DNA of 64,000 nt. It comes from a virus. The notes beneath the pieces were generated by a model. That model made no database searches and was not told the DNA's origin. It saw only the letters and a list, made by a program, of their open reading frames with translations. Below, piece after piece: positions 18,675-28,700 of the stretch. The stretch is taken from IMG/VR virus record IMGVR_UViG_3300019776_000078, positions 3,384-67,383 of that record. One strand, given 5' to 3'. The first letter of the stretch is position 1. Each line of letters begins with the position of its first letter. The translations under genes and the position numbers were made by a program.

Positions 18675-20822
18675 ATGCCATTACAGAAACTACAATTAAG
18701 ACCCGGACTAAATCGAGAAGGTACTGACTACTCCAACGAAGGAGGGTTTTTCGATGGCGATAAAATCAGATTTCGTTCAGGATTTCCAGAAAAAATCGGT
18801 GGATGGATTCGATTAAGTGCTAACTTTTTTGTAGGAATGTGCCGTTCTTTATGGAATTGGACTACATTACAGAATGACAACCTATTAGGTATTGGCACAA
18901 ACTTAAAGTATTACATTGAGAGTGGTGGCGTATACAACGACATCACCCCTATTACATACCAAGATAACTATTCCAATGTGATATCTACTGGGTTTACGAC
19001 TTTAGTAGCAAACGTTACCGCAAATGCTAATACGTTAGCAATCACTAACGCAACTTACTTTCCGCAAAATAATGGACTGATTAAGGTTGATACTGAGCAT
19101 ATTTATTATGCAGCCCGTACAGCTACCGCATTGACTGGATTGGTTCGTGGATACAACAATACGACCGCAGCTAGTCATACGGCTGGTGCAAATGTGGCTA
19201 GTGCATTTTTATATGTCAATGACAACTCTAACGCTATTGACAACCAGTACCTGATTATTGCTAACGCAACCTCTGTAGGAGGCATCAATGCTGCAGTTAT
19301 CAACCAAGAGCATCAAGCTCAAAAATACGTTTCTACTGGTGGCTTTTTCATGCTGGCATCCACAACAGATGGAAATTCTGCTAATGCTAGCTTTGCTACT
19401 TCTAATGTTGTAAATGCTGGTGGAACAATTACGATCCAGTATGAAGTGCCACCAGGCTTAGATGTATACACATATGGCAATGGTTGGGGTGCTGCTCCTT
19501 GGGGTTACTACGGATGGGGTAATGCTGCTCCTGTAACGGTTGGGCAACAGCTTAGATTATGGACGAACGATAACTATGGTCAAGACTTAGTCTTTGCTCC
19601 TCGTGGTGGTGGAATTTACTATTGGTCAGCTCTCACTGGATTAAGTATTCGTGGCAAGAAGTTGTCTGATTTAGCAAACGTAGCCGTGGCTACAACTGGA
19701 CAATGGGTTCCTCATACCGTTAGCGAAATTGTTGCTTCGGATATTCAACGTTTTGTCATTGCGTATGGCGCCAATTCATACGATCCCGCCGACCCATCTA
19801 CAGAGTTTGACCCTATGCTGGTTCGCTGGTCTGACCAAGAGAATCCCTATGAATGGGTTCCAGCAGTAACAAATCAGTCTGGTGAGTTCCGCCTATCTCA
19901 TGGCTCTTATATTGTTACCACAATCAATACCCGTCAAGAAATTCTGGTATTTACTGATTCGACCATTTATTCTCAGCAATATTTAGGACCTCCCTATGTT
20001 TGGGGTTTCCAAGTATTGATGGATAACATTTCTATAATGGGTCCGAATACTGTTATTACCGTTAACAACGTAACTTATTGGATGGGTTCAGATAAGTTCT
20101 ATATGTACTCTGGACGTGTAGAGACTCTGCCTTGCTCATTGCGTCAGTATGTATTTAATGACATTAATAAAGACCAATCATGGCAGGTCTATGCTGGATC
20201 TAATGAAGGTTATAACGAAGTCTGGTGGGTATATTGCTCGAAGAACAGTAACCTTGTAGACCGCTATGTGATTTATAACTATTTGGATCGTGTTTGGTAT
20301 TACGGCTCATTGGTACGCACATCTTGGTTAGACTCTAGCCTACGCCAGAATCCTATGGCTACCGATGTATTTAGTTATGACTTCCAAGGAAACCCATTAG
20401 GGCGTGTGATTTACCATGAGGTTGGTAATGATGATGCGGCTGGTGATTCCACGGTACCAATTACCGCTTATGTACAGTCTTCTGACTTTGACATTGGAGA
20501 CGGTCATAACTTTGGCTACATTTGGCGTTTATTGCCCGATGTCAACTTTAATAACTCTAGCGTTAATAACCCATCTGTAACCATGTATTTGAAGCCACGC
20601 CAAAACAGTGGATCAGCTTATCTGCCTACAGATACCACAACCACAACCAGCGCTAACAACTTTACGAATGTGCCACAGTACACAATCCAAGAGTTTACTG
20701 GTCAGGTTTACACTCGTTTGCGCGGTCGTCAGATTGCATTTAAGATCCAGTCCGATGGTTTAGGGGTGGCTTGGCAGTTGGGTACGCCTAGAATTGACAT
20801 TAGAAATGACGGTCGCAGATGA
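18675..20822 (+). CDS. tail hub / tail tubular B-like (P22 gp10-like) protein
   Basis: 715-aa beta-rich protein (KIRFR.G.PEKIGGW, VRWSDQE) immediately before the ejection genes. Confidence 0.6.
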   Translation: MPLQKLQLRPGLNREGTDYSNEGGFFDGDKIRFRSGFPEKIGGWIRLSANFFVGMCRSLWNWTTLQNDNLLGIGTNLKYYIESGGVYNDITPITYQDNYSNVISTGFTTLVANVTANANTLAITNATYFPQNNGLIKVDTEHIYYAARTATALTGLVRGYNNTTAASHTAGANVASAFLYVNDNSNAIDNQYLIIANATSVGGINAAVINQEHQAQKYVSTGGFFMLASTTDGNSANASFATSNVVNAGGTITIQYEVPPGLDVYTYGNGWGAAPWGYYGWGNAAPVTVGQQLRLWTNDNYGQDLVFAPRGGGIYYWSALTGLSIRGKKLSDLANVAVATTGQWVPHTVSEIVASDIQRFVIAYGANSYDPADPSTEFDPMLVRWSDQENPYEWVPAVTNQSGEFRLSHGSYIVTTINTRQEILVFTDSTIYSQQYLGPPYVWGFQVLMDNISIMGPNTVITVNNVTYWMGSDKFYMYSGRVETLPCSLRQYVFNDINKDQSWQVYAGSNEGYNEVWWVYCSKNSNLVDRYVIYNYLDRVWYYGSLVRTSWLDSSLRQNPMATDVFSYDFQGNPLGRVIYHEVGNDDAAGDSTVPITAYVQSSDFDIGDGHNFGYIWRLLPDVNFNNSSVNNPSVTMYLKPRQNSGSAYLPTDTTTTTSANNFTNVPQYTIQEFTGQVYTRLRGRQIAFKIQSDGLGVAWQLGTPRIDIRNDGRR

Positions 20823-21127
20823 GTACTGGTACTACTAAAGCTCCGAACCTGCCGATTGCTCCGGTTGAATACAGCCAGCAGTATCAGGATCAGCTTAATA
20901 ATGTATTACGCCTATACTTTACCCAGCTAGACAACCCCGGTGTTTCTGCCGCCTCTACCCTAAGAACAAATGGCGTGGTCTTCTCAGCCCTTAATTTTAG
21001 CGAAGTCAATGTGGCTAGCGGAACTAGGGTGGTTAGCTTGCCTACACAGGCTGAATTGGCTGATCTACGGGTAGGGGATGTCTATGTAGATACCGCTAAC
21101 GCTAATGTTTTGAAAGTCAAGGTTTAA
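20819..21127 (+). CDS. small tail-associated protein
   Basis: APNLPIAPVEY...LRLYF motif; follows the tail hub. Confidence 0.5.
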   Translation: MSTGTTKAPNLPIAPVEYSQQYQDQLNNVLRLYFTQLDNPGVSAASTLRTNGVVFSALNFSEVNVASGTRVVSLPTQAELADLRVGDVYVDTANANVLKVKV

Positions 21128-21164
21128 ATGATAAACTTGAGCAAATTCACCCATAAGGGTTTCT

Positions 21165-22766
21165 ATGAGTATATTTGACATAATGAGCCAGCAGCAAAGT
21201 CCGTCTTTAGGCGGTACTGGCGGTATTGGCGCGCTAGGAGCTGGCAATGCCATTTATCCTCAAAGCCGTATGGACAAAACTCAGTATGCCACCCCTATGC
21301 AATTACCTACAAGTGCTGATGTGATTAGTTCAGATTACGACCCTAAAACCGATGCTTATACTGGTATGCCTAGCCGTTTTGCTAGAGGCGGTATTGCTGC
21401 TATTCCTCGTTTTGATGGCGAAGAAACTAGCCAAGTAGAAGCTCCAAAAGAATGGGATCCATCTTCTGGACAAGTTAAATTACAGCAATACGAAGATCCT
21501 AAAGATCCGTTTTCTGGTGTTAAAAGCTTAGTAGATTACAGTATCCCTAAAGATCAGATTCAAACCTATATTCCTAATACTGATATTGAAACTGGCAAAG
21601 CTAGTGGTGGCGGTCAATTAATCCTTAAGGACGGCTCTTCATTGGGCGTAGATGGGTCTGGTGTAGTTCATGCTGCTACCCCCGGAAGAAACGACTATAC
21701 ACTAAATAAAGAAGGCTACTATCAGCCTACTGGTGCTAACCTAACATGGGATCCAAACCTGAGCCGCCTCACTAAAAAAGTGGGCGGTATTGATGTAGAT
21801 GTACCAGGACTATATACCAAAGGTGGATATCAAGATCCTCAAGGAAAGCTCAGGACAAATGAGTATGGAATGCCCGTTCCATTAGCGCCCGCTTACTTAG
21901 ATAGTGGTGCTGGTAAAAGTGGATTAGCTGATGCTGCTCCATATATTGCTGCTGCTGCTTTAGGTGGTGGTGCATATTTAGCTAGCCCAGCTATGACTGG
22001 TTTTGCTGGCATGGTTCCTGCATCTCAGACATTATTAGGCGCTGGTGCTGCCACAGCCCCTGTTGTTAGCACTACTGCTGGCGATGTGTTTGCTGGATAT
22101 TCCCCTACAGGATCTGCGGCTGGTACTGCTGGTACTACAGTTCCTGCTGGATATAACACCGCAGTGGCTGCGACTCCTGCAGCAGTAGAGGCAGCAAAAG
22201 TTGCTGCTGTCAAAGAAGCAACGACTATACCAACCGCAGCAAAAGTAGGCGCTGGATTAGTAGCATTAAATGCATTGGGCGGATCTAGGGGATCAGCTCC
22301 TACATCATATCCAGTAGCGTCCACAACAACGACCGAAGCTCCTAGACAACAACAAAATATTGCTAGCCAGCAATTTAATCCATACATGAATTATGCGTCT
22401 ATGACGATGCCCGGTATGTCTAGTTCTATGCCTGGTGCATACTATCAGCCATTAACCTATCGCTACATGGCACAAGGCGGTGTTGCTGATTTAGGTGGTT
22501 ATGCAGTAGGCGGTAAGTTACTCAAAGGTGATGGCGATGGCATGAGCGATGATATTGAAGCCAATATCGGTGGCGCTCAACCAGCACGTCTTGCTGACGG
22601 TGAATTTGTCATCCCAGCCGATGTAGTGTCCCATTTAGGTAATGGTTCTACAGATGCTGGTGCTAAACAGTTATACAAAATGATGGATCGTATTCGTCAA
22701 GCCCGTACTGGTAATAAGAAACAGGGCAAGAGAATCAATCCAGAAAAGTTTTTTCCTAAAGGATAA
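21165..22766 (+). CDS. putative internal virion/ejection protein
   Basis: C-terminal GDGDGMSDDI.A...RLADGEFVIPADVVS motif; A/G-rich hydrophobic segments; xAxGG motifs. Confidence 0.55.
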   Translation: MSIFDIMSQQQSPSLGGTGGIGALGAGNAIYPQSRMDKTQYATPMQLPTSADVISSDYDPKTDAYTGMPSRFARGGIAAIPRFDGEETSQVEAPKEWDPSSGQVKLQQYEDPKDPFSGVKSLVDYSIPKDQIQTYIPNTDIETGKASGGGQLILKDGSSLGVDGSGVVHAATPGRNDYTLNKEGYYQPTGANLTWDPNLSRLTKKVGGIDVDVPGLYTKGGYQDPQGKLRTNEYGMPVPLAPAYLDSGAGKSGLADAAPYIAAAALGGGAYLASPAMTGFAGMVPASQTLLGAGAATAPVVSTTAGDVFAGYSPTGSAAGTAGTTVPAGYNTAVAATPAAVEAAKVAAVKEATTIPTAAKVGAGLVALNALGGSRGSAPTSYPVASTTTTEAPRQQQNIASQQFNPYMNYASMTMPGMSSSMPGAYYQPLTYRYMAQGGVADLGGYAVGGKLLKGDGDGMSDDIEANIGGAQPARLADGEFVIPADVVSHLGNGSTDAGAKQLYKMMDRIRQARTGNKKQGKRINPEKFFPKG

Positions 22767-22769
22767 GTT

Positions 22770-23930
22770 ATGGGATTTTTAGATAGCCTGTTCGGGCCAA
22801 CCTCTCTGCCATCAAGCCCTACGTCTCAGACTACGCAGACAGCTACTCCAAGCATTCAGCCTTGGGCGCAACCTTATATCAGTGACTATCTGAATAAAGC
22901 GCAACAATTAATTTCTACTCAGCAAACTCCTGGCTTGTTAGGACAGTCTTATGTAGAAGCTGGCAATTTACAGTTGCCTGGTGGCTTTGGTTCTGGCGCC
23001 GCATTAGCGGAAGCTGGCGGTAAGGGCGCATTAAGCACGGCTCCAATAGCATTGGGTTATGGTCAGCGTGGCGCTCAATATGGCGAACAAGGTACTAAAT
23101 ATGGTGAAATGGGTTCTGCAATGGGTCAAGTTGCAGCCCGTGCTGGTGACATCTATGGTCGTCAAGCTACTACACCATCAGAAATACAAGCGTATATGTC
23201 TCCATATATGCAGAATGTGGTTGACTATCAGAAGCAACAAGCCGTACGTGATTTTGCTAAACAGACTCCACTGCTCCAAGCACAAGCAGCAGCCGCTGGA
23301 GCATTTGGTGGCAGCCGTCAAAACATTATGCAAGCAGAAGCACAACGCGCATTGAATACTCAGTTACAAGGTATTGAAGCATTAGGCGCACAACAAGCAT
23401 TTGAAAGAGCGCAACAAGCTCAACAGTTTGGCGCACAGCTAGGTTTACAAGGTCAGCAAGTTGGCATGCAAGGACAGCAATTAGGTTTAGCTGGTCTTGG
23501 TACTGCTATGCAAGGTCAACAGATTGGTTTACAAGGTGTATCTGGCGCACAACAAGGCTATGCTGGCGCAACTCAAGCTGGTGGTACATTAGGTAACATC
23601 GCTGCTCAAGAAGCACAAGCCCGTCTTGCTGCATTACAACTGAAGAATCAGTTCGGTATGCAACAACTTACATGGCCGTATCAGCAACTGCAGTTCCAAC
23701 AAGGTCTTATGCAGAACTTGCCGTTTACTAGCACCACTACTACTGGTCAAGGCTACCAAGCTGGCCCTAGCCCAGTATCGCAAGTTGGCGGTACATTGCT
23801 TGGTGGCTATGGTATGTATAAATTGCTTGGTTTTAAAGATGGCGGCAAAGTTAAGACATATGCCAAAGGCGGTATTGTTTCATCTGGAAGCGGTTTGACT
23901 GACATTCGCTTAAATCAATTATTAGGTTAA
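22770..23930 (+). CDS. putative ejection (pilot) protein
   Basis: Q/G/A-rich; YMSPY, GAFGGSRQ; C-terminal hydrophobic segment. Confidence 0.55.
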   Translation: MGFLDSLFGPTSLPSSPTSQTTQTATPSIQPWAQPYISDYLNKAQQLISTQQTPGLLGQSYVEAGNLQLPGGFGSGAALAEAGGKGALSTAPIALGYGQRGAQYGEQGTKYGEMGSAMGQVAARAGDIYGRQATTPSEIQAYMSPYMQNVVDYQKQQAVRDFAKQTPLLQAQAAAAGAFGGSRQNIMQAEAQRALNTQLQGIEALGAQQAFERAQQAQQFGAQLGLQGQQVGMQGQQLGLAGLGTAMQGQQIGLQGVSGAQQGYAGATQAGGTLGNIAAQEAQARLAALQLKNQFGMQQLTWPYQQLQFQQGLMQNLPFTSTTTTGQGYQAGPSPVSQVGGTLLGGYGMYKLLGFKDGGKVKTYAKGGIVSSGSGLTDIRLNQLLG

Positions 23931-23932
23931 GT

Positions 23933-25762
23933 ATGAATATTGCACAATTATCTGAGCAGTTAAAAGACGTTCCACAGAATCGTCTGATTGATTACGCCCG
24001 CAATCCTAATAGCGTGGTGCCACAGTTCTTAGCACTAGCTGAGATTCAGCGCCGTCAGCACTTAGAGAATGTGCCACAGCCAGCTCCTGCTACTGTAGCG
24101 GCTGATGTATTGGCACAAGCAAACCCACAGCCTATACCTCAGATGGTTCAACAATTGCCAGAGAATCAACCTGGTGTTGCTCAGTTGCCTACTGGTATGC
24201 CAAGAGGTATGGCAGGCGGCGGTATTGTTGCGTTTGCTGATGGTGGGGATATTGATGATGAAGATGAATATGATCCAGAAGAAGACCGTATTCGTAAAGA
24301 TGAAAGCCGTATGATGTCTTTGATTGCTGGATTACGCGCAAGAGCAGGAGAAGCTGCTGCTGCAATTCCTGCTGTTATAGAGAAAGTTAGATCCGTATTA
24401 CCAGAGTCTTATGAAACCGCTAAAGCAAAAACTGCGGAAGGTATTGCTGGATTAACTACACCAAAAGGTGGACATAAATACGAAGCCATTGCTTTAGACG
24501 AAGCAAAAAAACTAGGACTAGACTTAAATTTAGTGCGTCATGTTTTACACAAAGAAACTGGCAACTTAGCCGACCCAGCTACTGCTCGTTCTAAGGCTGG
24601 CGCGTATGGTCCTATGCAGTTAATGCCAGCTACCGCTAAAGAATTAGGTGTAGACATTAATGATCCAGAGCAAAATACTCGTGGCGGTGTCCGTTACTTA
24701 GCACAAATGATGAATCGCTTTAAAGATCCTACATTGGCTTTGGCTGCCTACAATGCTGGTCCTGGTAGAGTTCAGCAAATGTTAAAACGTGGTCAAGGGA
24801 TTGAATCTTTGCCAAAAGAAACGCAAGGTTACGTTAAATATTCTCAAGGTGGTATTGCATCTTTTGCTGGTGATCAAGGCAGTTTGGTTGAAGATGATTA
24901 CTACAATCCATATGCCATGATGGGTGATATTGGGGTATCTACACCAGGCTACAGATCTGGATTGGGTATTGGTGATTATCTAAAAAGAAAAATTATGGGC
25001 ATTCAGGATCTTCCTGTTCCTGCCGCAATAGCTACTCCAGCTAAGGTAGTTCCAGCTCCAGTTTCAGTTGTAACAGCGCCAGAATATACTTATCCACCAC
25101 AGGGCGGTATTGGCCCGTCTGACTACGAACTTGGTAGATATCCTGAACAAGCTGGTCCAGAGCGTCCATCTTGGTATCAAGAGTCTATGGCCCGTATTTT
25201 AGAAGATCGTCAGGCATTAAAGGCACAAGCAGAACAAGATAAGTATTTAGCTCTCATGCAAGCTGGCTTAGGCATGATGGCTGGTAGCTCTCCATATGCA
25301 TTACAGAACATTGGCGCTGGTGGTATGCAGGGCGTATCCGCTTATGCTGCTGCTAAGAAGCAACGTGCCGCTGAAGCTGCTGCTCTTGGTAAAGAAGAAT
25401 TAGCTGTCAGACGTCTTGAGCAAATGGGAGAACTTGAAAAAGCATCCCTTGAACAAACCGCAGCACTTAAAAAAGCTGGCCTTAGTCAAAAAGAATATGA
25501 AGCAGTAAAAGAGTCAGAGGATCGTGCATTGGCTAGAATCCAAAAACTAGATACTGATATTGAAAAATCTGTTCGTAGAGCTGCTGAAGATGACATTATG
25601 TTGCAATCCAATCCAAATAAAGAGCAAATTATTCAGAAAAAGATTGCTGACGCTAAAGCCGCAAACCCACTTTATAGTAAGTATTACAAACAAGCCGGTC
25701 TTGGAGATTTTACAATTCCATCAATTGGTTCTGGTGGATGGTCTATTAAAGAAAAAAAATAA
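23933..25762 (+). CDS. ejection protein with SLT lytic transglycosylase domain
   Basis: KET...SKAGAYGPMQLMPATA...N..GG..YL...ALAAYNAGPG SLT motifs. Confidence 0.85.
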   Translation: MNIAQLSEQLKDVPQNRLIDYARNPNSVVPQFLALAEIQRRQHLENVPQPAPATVAADVLAQANPQPIPQMVQQLPENQPGVAQLPTGMPRGMAGGGIVAFADGGDIDDEDEYDPEEDRIRKDESRMMSLIAGLRARAGEAAAAIPAVIEKVRSVLPESYETAKAKTAEGIAGLTTPKGGHKYEAIALDEAKKLGLDLNLVRHVLHKETGNLADPATARSKAGAYGPMQLMPATAKELGVDINDPEQNTRGGVRYLAQMMNRFKDPTLALAAYNAGPGRVQQMLKRGQGIESLPKETQGYVKYSQGGIASFAGDQGSLVEDDYYNPYAMMGDIGVSTPGYRSGLGIGDYLKRKIMGIQDLPVPAAIATPAKVVPAPVSVVTAPEYTYPPQGGIGPSDYELGRYPEQAGPERPSWYQESMARILEDRQALKAQAEQDKYLALMQAGLGMMAGSSPYALQNIGAGGMQGVSAYAAAKKQRAAEAAALGKEELAVRRLEQMGELEKASLEQTAALKKAGLSQKEYEAVKESEDRALARIQKLDTDIEKSVRRAAEDDIMLQSNPNKEQIIQKKIADAKAANPLYSKYYKQAGLGDFTIPSIGSGGWSIKEKK

Positions 25763-25770
25763 GGTAGGTT

Positions 25771-28700
25771 ATGCCAACTTATGACGTAACAGCGCCTGAC
25801 GGTAAGGTATATGAAATTACTGCCCCAGAGGGAGCAAGTCAGGAAGATGTATTAGCCTATGCCCAAAGCATGTATGGGCAGCCACAAGCGCCTAAAACAA
25901 AAGAAGGTGTAGGCACATCTGTTCGCCGTGGTGTAGAGCAATTAGGATCTGCATTTCAAACTGCCTATGAGTCTGTCACAAAAGGGGGCGAGGAGGCCGC
26001 TATACGGGCGCAGGAGCGTCAAGCAGACATTCAGCGTAGGTTGGGTGAGGGAGCTAGCTTAGAACGTCTTAAAAAGGTTTATGAAGAGCGTGGGATACTT
26101 CCTGCTGCTGGGGAATTGGTCTCACAGATCCCACAAGCGATTGCAGAACAAGCCCCTAATATTGCTGCTACATTAGGTGGCGCTGCCGCTGGTGCTGCTG
26201 CAGGTTCAGTAGTTCCTGGAGTGGGTACATTAATTGGCGGTATTGCTGGCGCCGCTCTTCCATCGTTTGTTCAACAGTACGGTGGAAATATTCAACGCCA
26301 AGCCGAAGCACAGGTTGCTCAGGGTAAACCCTTAGAAATTAGTCGTGCCGCTGCTGCTGGCACTGCAGTTCCTCAAGCAACATTGGATGTAATTGGTACA
26401 TTAGTTCCGCTGGGCGGCAACATGATTACTAAAATCTTGGGTCCAACTATGGGGAAAGTTTTAGCTTCCGGCGGATCGAAGATTGCTGATGAAGCGTTGC
26501 TTACTACAATCACCAAAGGTACAGCTAAAGGTATTGCTGCTGAAGTACCCACCGAAGTTAGTCAACAGATTCTAGAGCGCGCCCAAGCTGGTTTACCATT
26601 AACGACTCCAGATGCATTAAAAGAGTATGGAGAAACTGCGTTTGCTGTATCCCTACTAGGACCAATTGGTATCATTGGCCGTGTATCTGATAAAGCGCAA
26701 GCTGGCCGTGATCTTGCTTTAGCTAGACAAAAGGCTGCAGAAGAAAATACACCACAGCCTGTCACAATTCAGACCGTTGATTCTCCAGAGCCACAAGTGA
26801 TGTATGTTGCTCCAACTGGAGAAGTAGCAAAGTCTATGGAAGAACTAGACGCTGCACTCAAATACAAACAATACTATGCTGACTTAAATAAACCAGCTAC
26901 AGTAACTCCAAAAACGCCTGAAGTTTTATATGGCACCGCACAAGGCGATGTCGGCACTTCCATGGAAGATGTTGGTCAAGCTAAGATGTTTAGAGAACAA
27001 GCCTTAGCACGTCAGGCCGAACTACAAAAAGTCATTACACCAGAAAAGATCAAAGGTCTTGGTATTGGCAGTACTGCGTCTATATTCAAAGACAATAGCA
27101 TTATGAATCAAAGCCTCAGCAATCCCGATGTTGCTGACGCTACTCGTGCTAAGTTGCTAGATATCCAAAGCAAAAATACTAATGCTCAAACAAAAGCCAA
27201 GATTAGTGATTTCTTAAACCGTCCAGAGTTTATTACTCCCAAGTATGTAGACGAATTACTCAATCCTCCACTAGAAATGTCTCGTAAAGAGGCTGCAGCG
27301 CTGAATAAACAGCAGTTTGCGTTTATTGATAAAGACGGTCAGATCAAAGTGAAGTATGGCGATATCATTACTAAAGATGGTAAACAGTATGCCAAATACG
27401 AAGGCGGTGGTGAAAGACAGATTACTGATGATGTCATGGTAAACCCTAGTCCTGCATTAATGGAATCATGGTTGCTGTCTAAAGAAGAAGACAAAGTTAG
27501 CAAGATTCCAGATGACTTCAAAGAATATCTAGCAAAACGTAAGATCAGCACCAGCGAACTGTCTGATCTAAATATGAACGACATTCCTAAGACCAAAAAA
27601 GGCAGTAGCTTATATAAAACTTATTTCAGTGGTCAGGGAGTGAGCATAGATGAGTTGGTTAACGATGCCATCTCTAACGGTTTATTAAACGAAGAAGACG
27701 TATTACGTCACGGTAAAGATGTTACTGATGGCATGAGAGAACTGATTCGTGAAGCATTAGTGAATGATGCTCGTGTTCCATATACCCCACAAAACAATGA
27801 AGCTTTAAATCGTGAGTTTGATATTGCTCAACGCCGCAATCAATTAGAGTCAGCGCTTGAAGAGACAACCACAATGGTTGAAAGAGAAAGACCAACAGAA
27901 CCAATTGATGTTGGCATTCAAGAGCTTACCCCAGAAGAAAGAGCGCCAATTGAAGCTGAGGCATCTATCAGAGCCGCAGAAAGATTTGAGGGCGCACCAG
28001 CAGTCGAACCAGAAATTACTAGAGCTGAAGTGCCATACGAGTTCTCAGAGCAAGCTAAACGTGATATGGCTAAGATCATTCCACGTCTTACTCGTACTCT
28101 AGATAAGATGGGTTTGCATAACATTGGCTTAAACTTAGCTAAGAATCTTAAAGCTAATATTGACGGCAAAATTACTAAGGTAAACGGCACATATTTAAAC
28201 CGCATCATTACTTTATGCTTAGATAATCGTGGCATAGAAGCAACACTTCATCACGAAGCTATCCACGCACTTAAAGAAATGGGGCTGTTCTCTCAAAAAG
28301 AATGGGCCACCCTATCTAAGATTGCTAAAGATAAATGGATTGATCAATACAACATCAATAACCGTTATCCTAATGCCAGCGAAGAAGTCAAAATTGAAGA
28401 AGCTATTGCTTCTGCATTCCCTGACTATATGAAGCAAGTTGGTCAGCCACGTGGATTATTGCAACGCATTAAAGATTTTGTACAAAAAGTTGGCAACGTA
28501 TTCCGTGGTTTAGGATTCAATACTCCTGAGTCTGTGTTTGCTAAAGCTGAGGCTGGCAAGTTAACTGGAGAAGGTAAAGCTACCCAAGCAACACAAAGGG
28601 CGGCGGTCCCAACTAATACAGAAAACTTTAGGAATTGGTTTGGTAATTCTAAAGTAGTTGATGAGAATGGTCAGCCAAAAGTTATGTATCACGGCACAAG

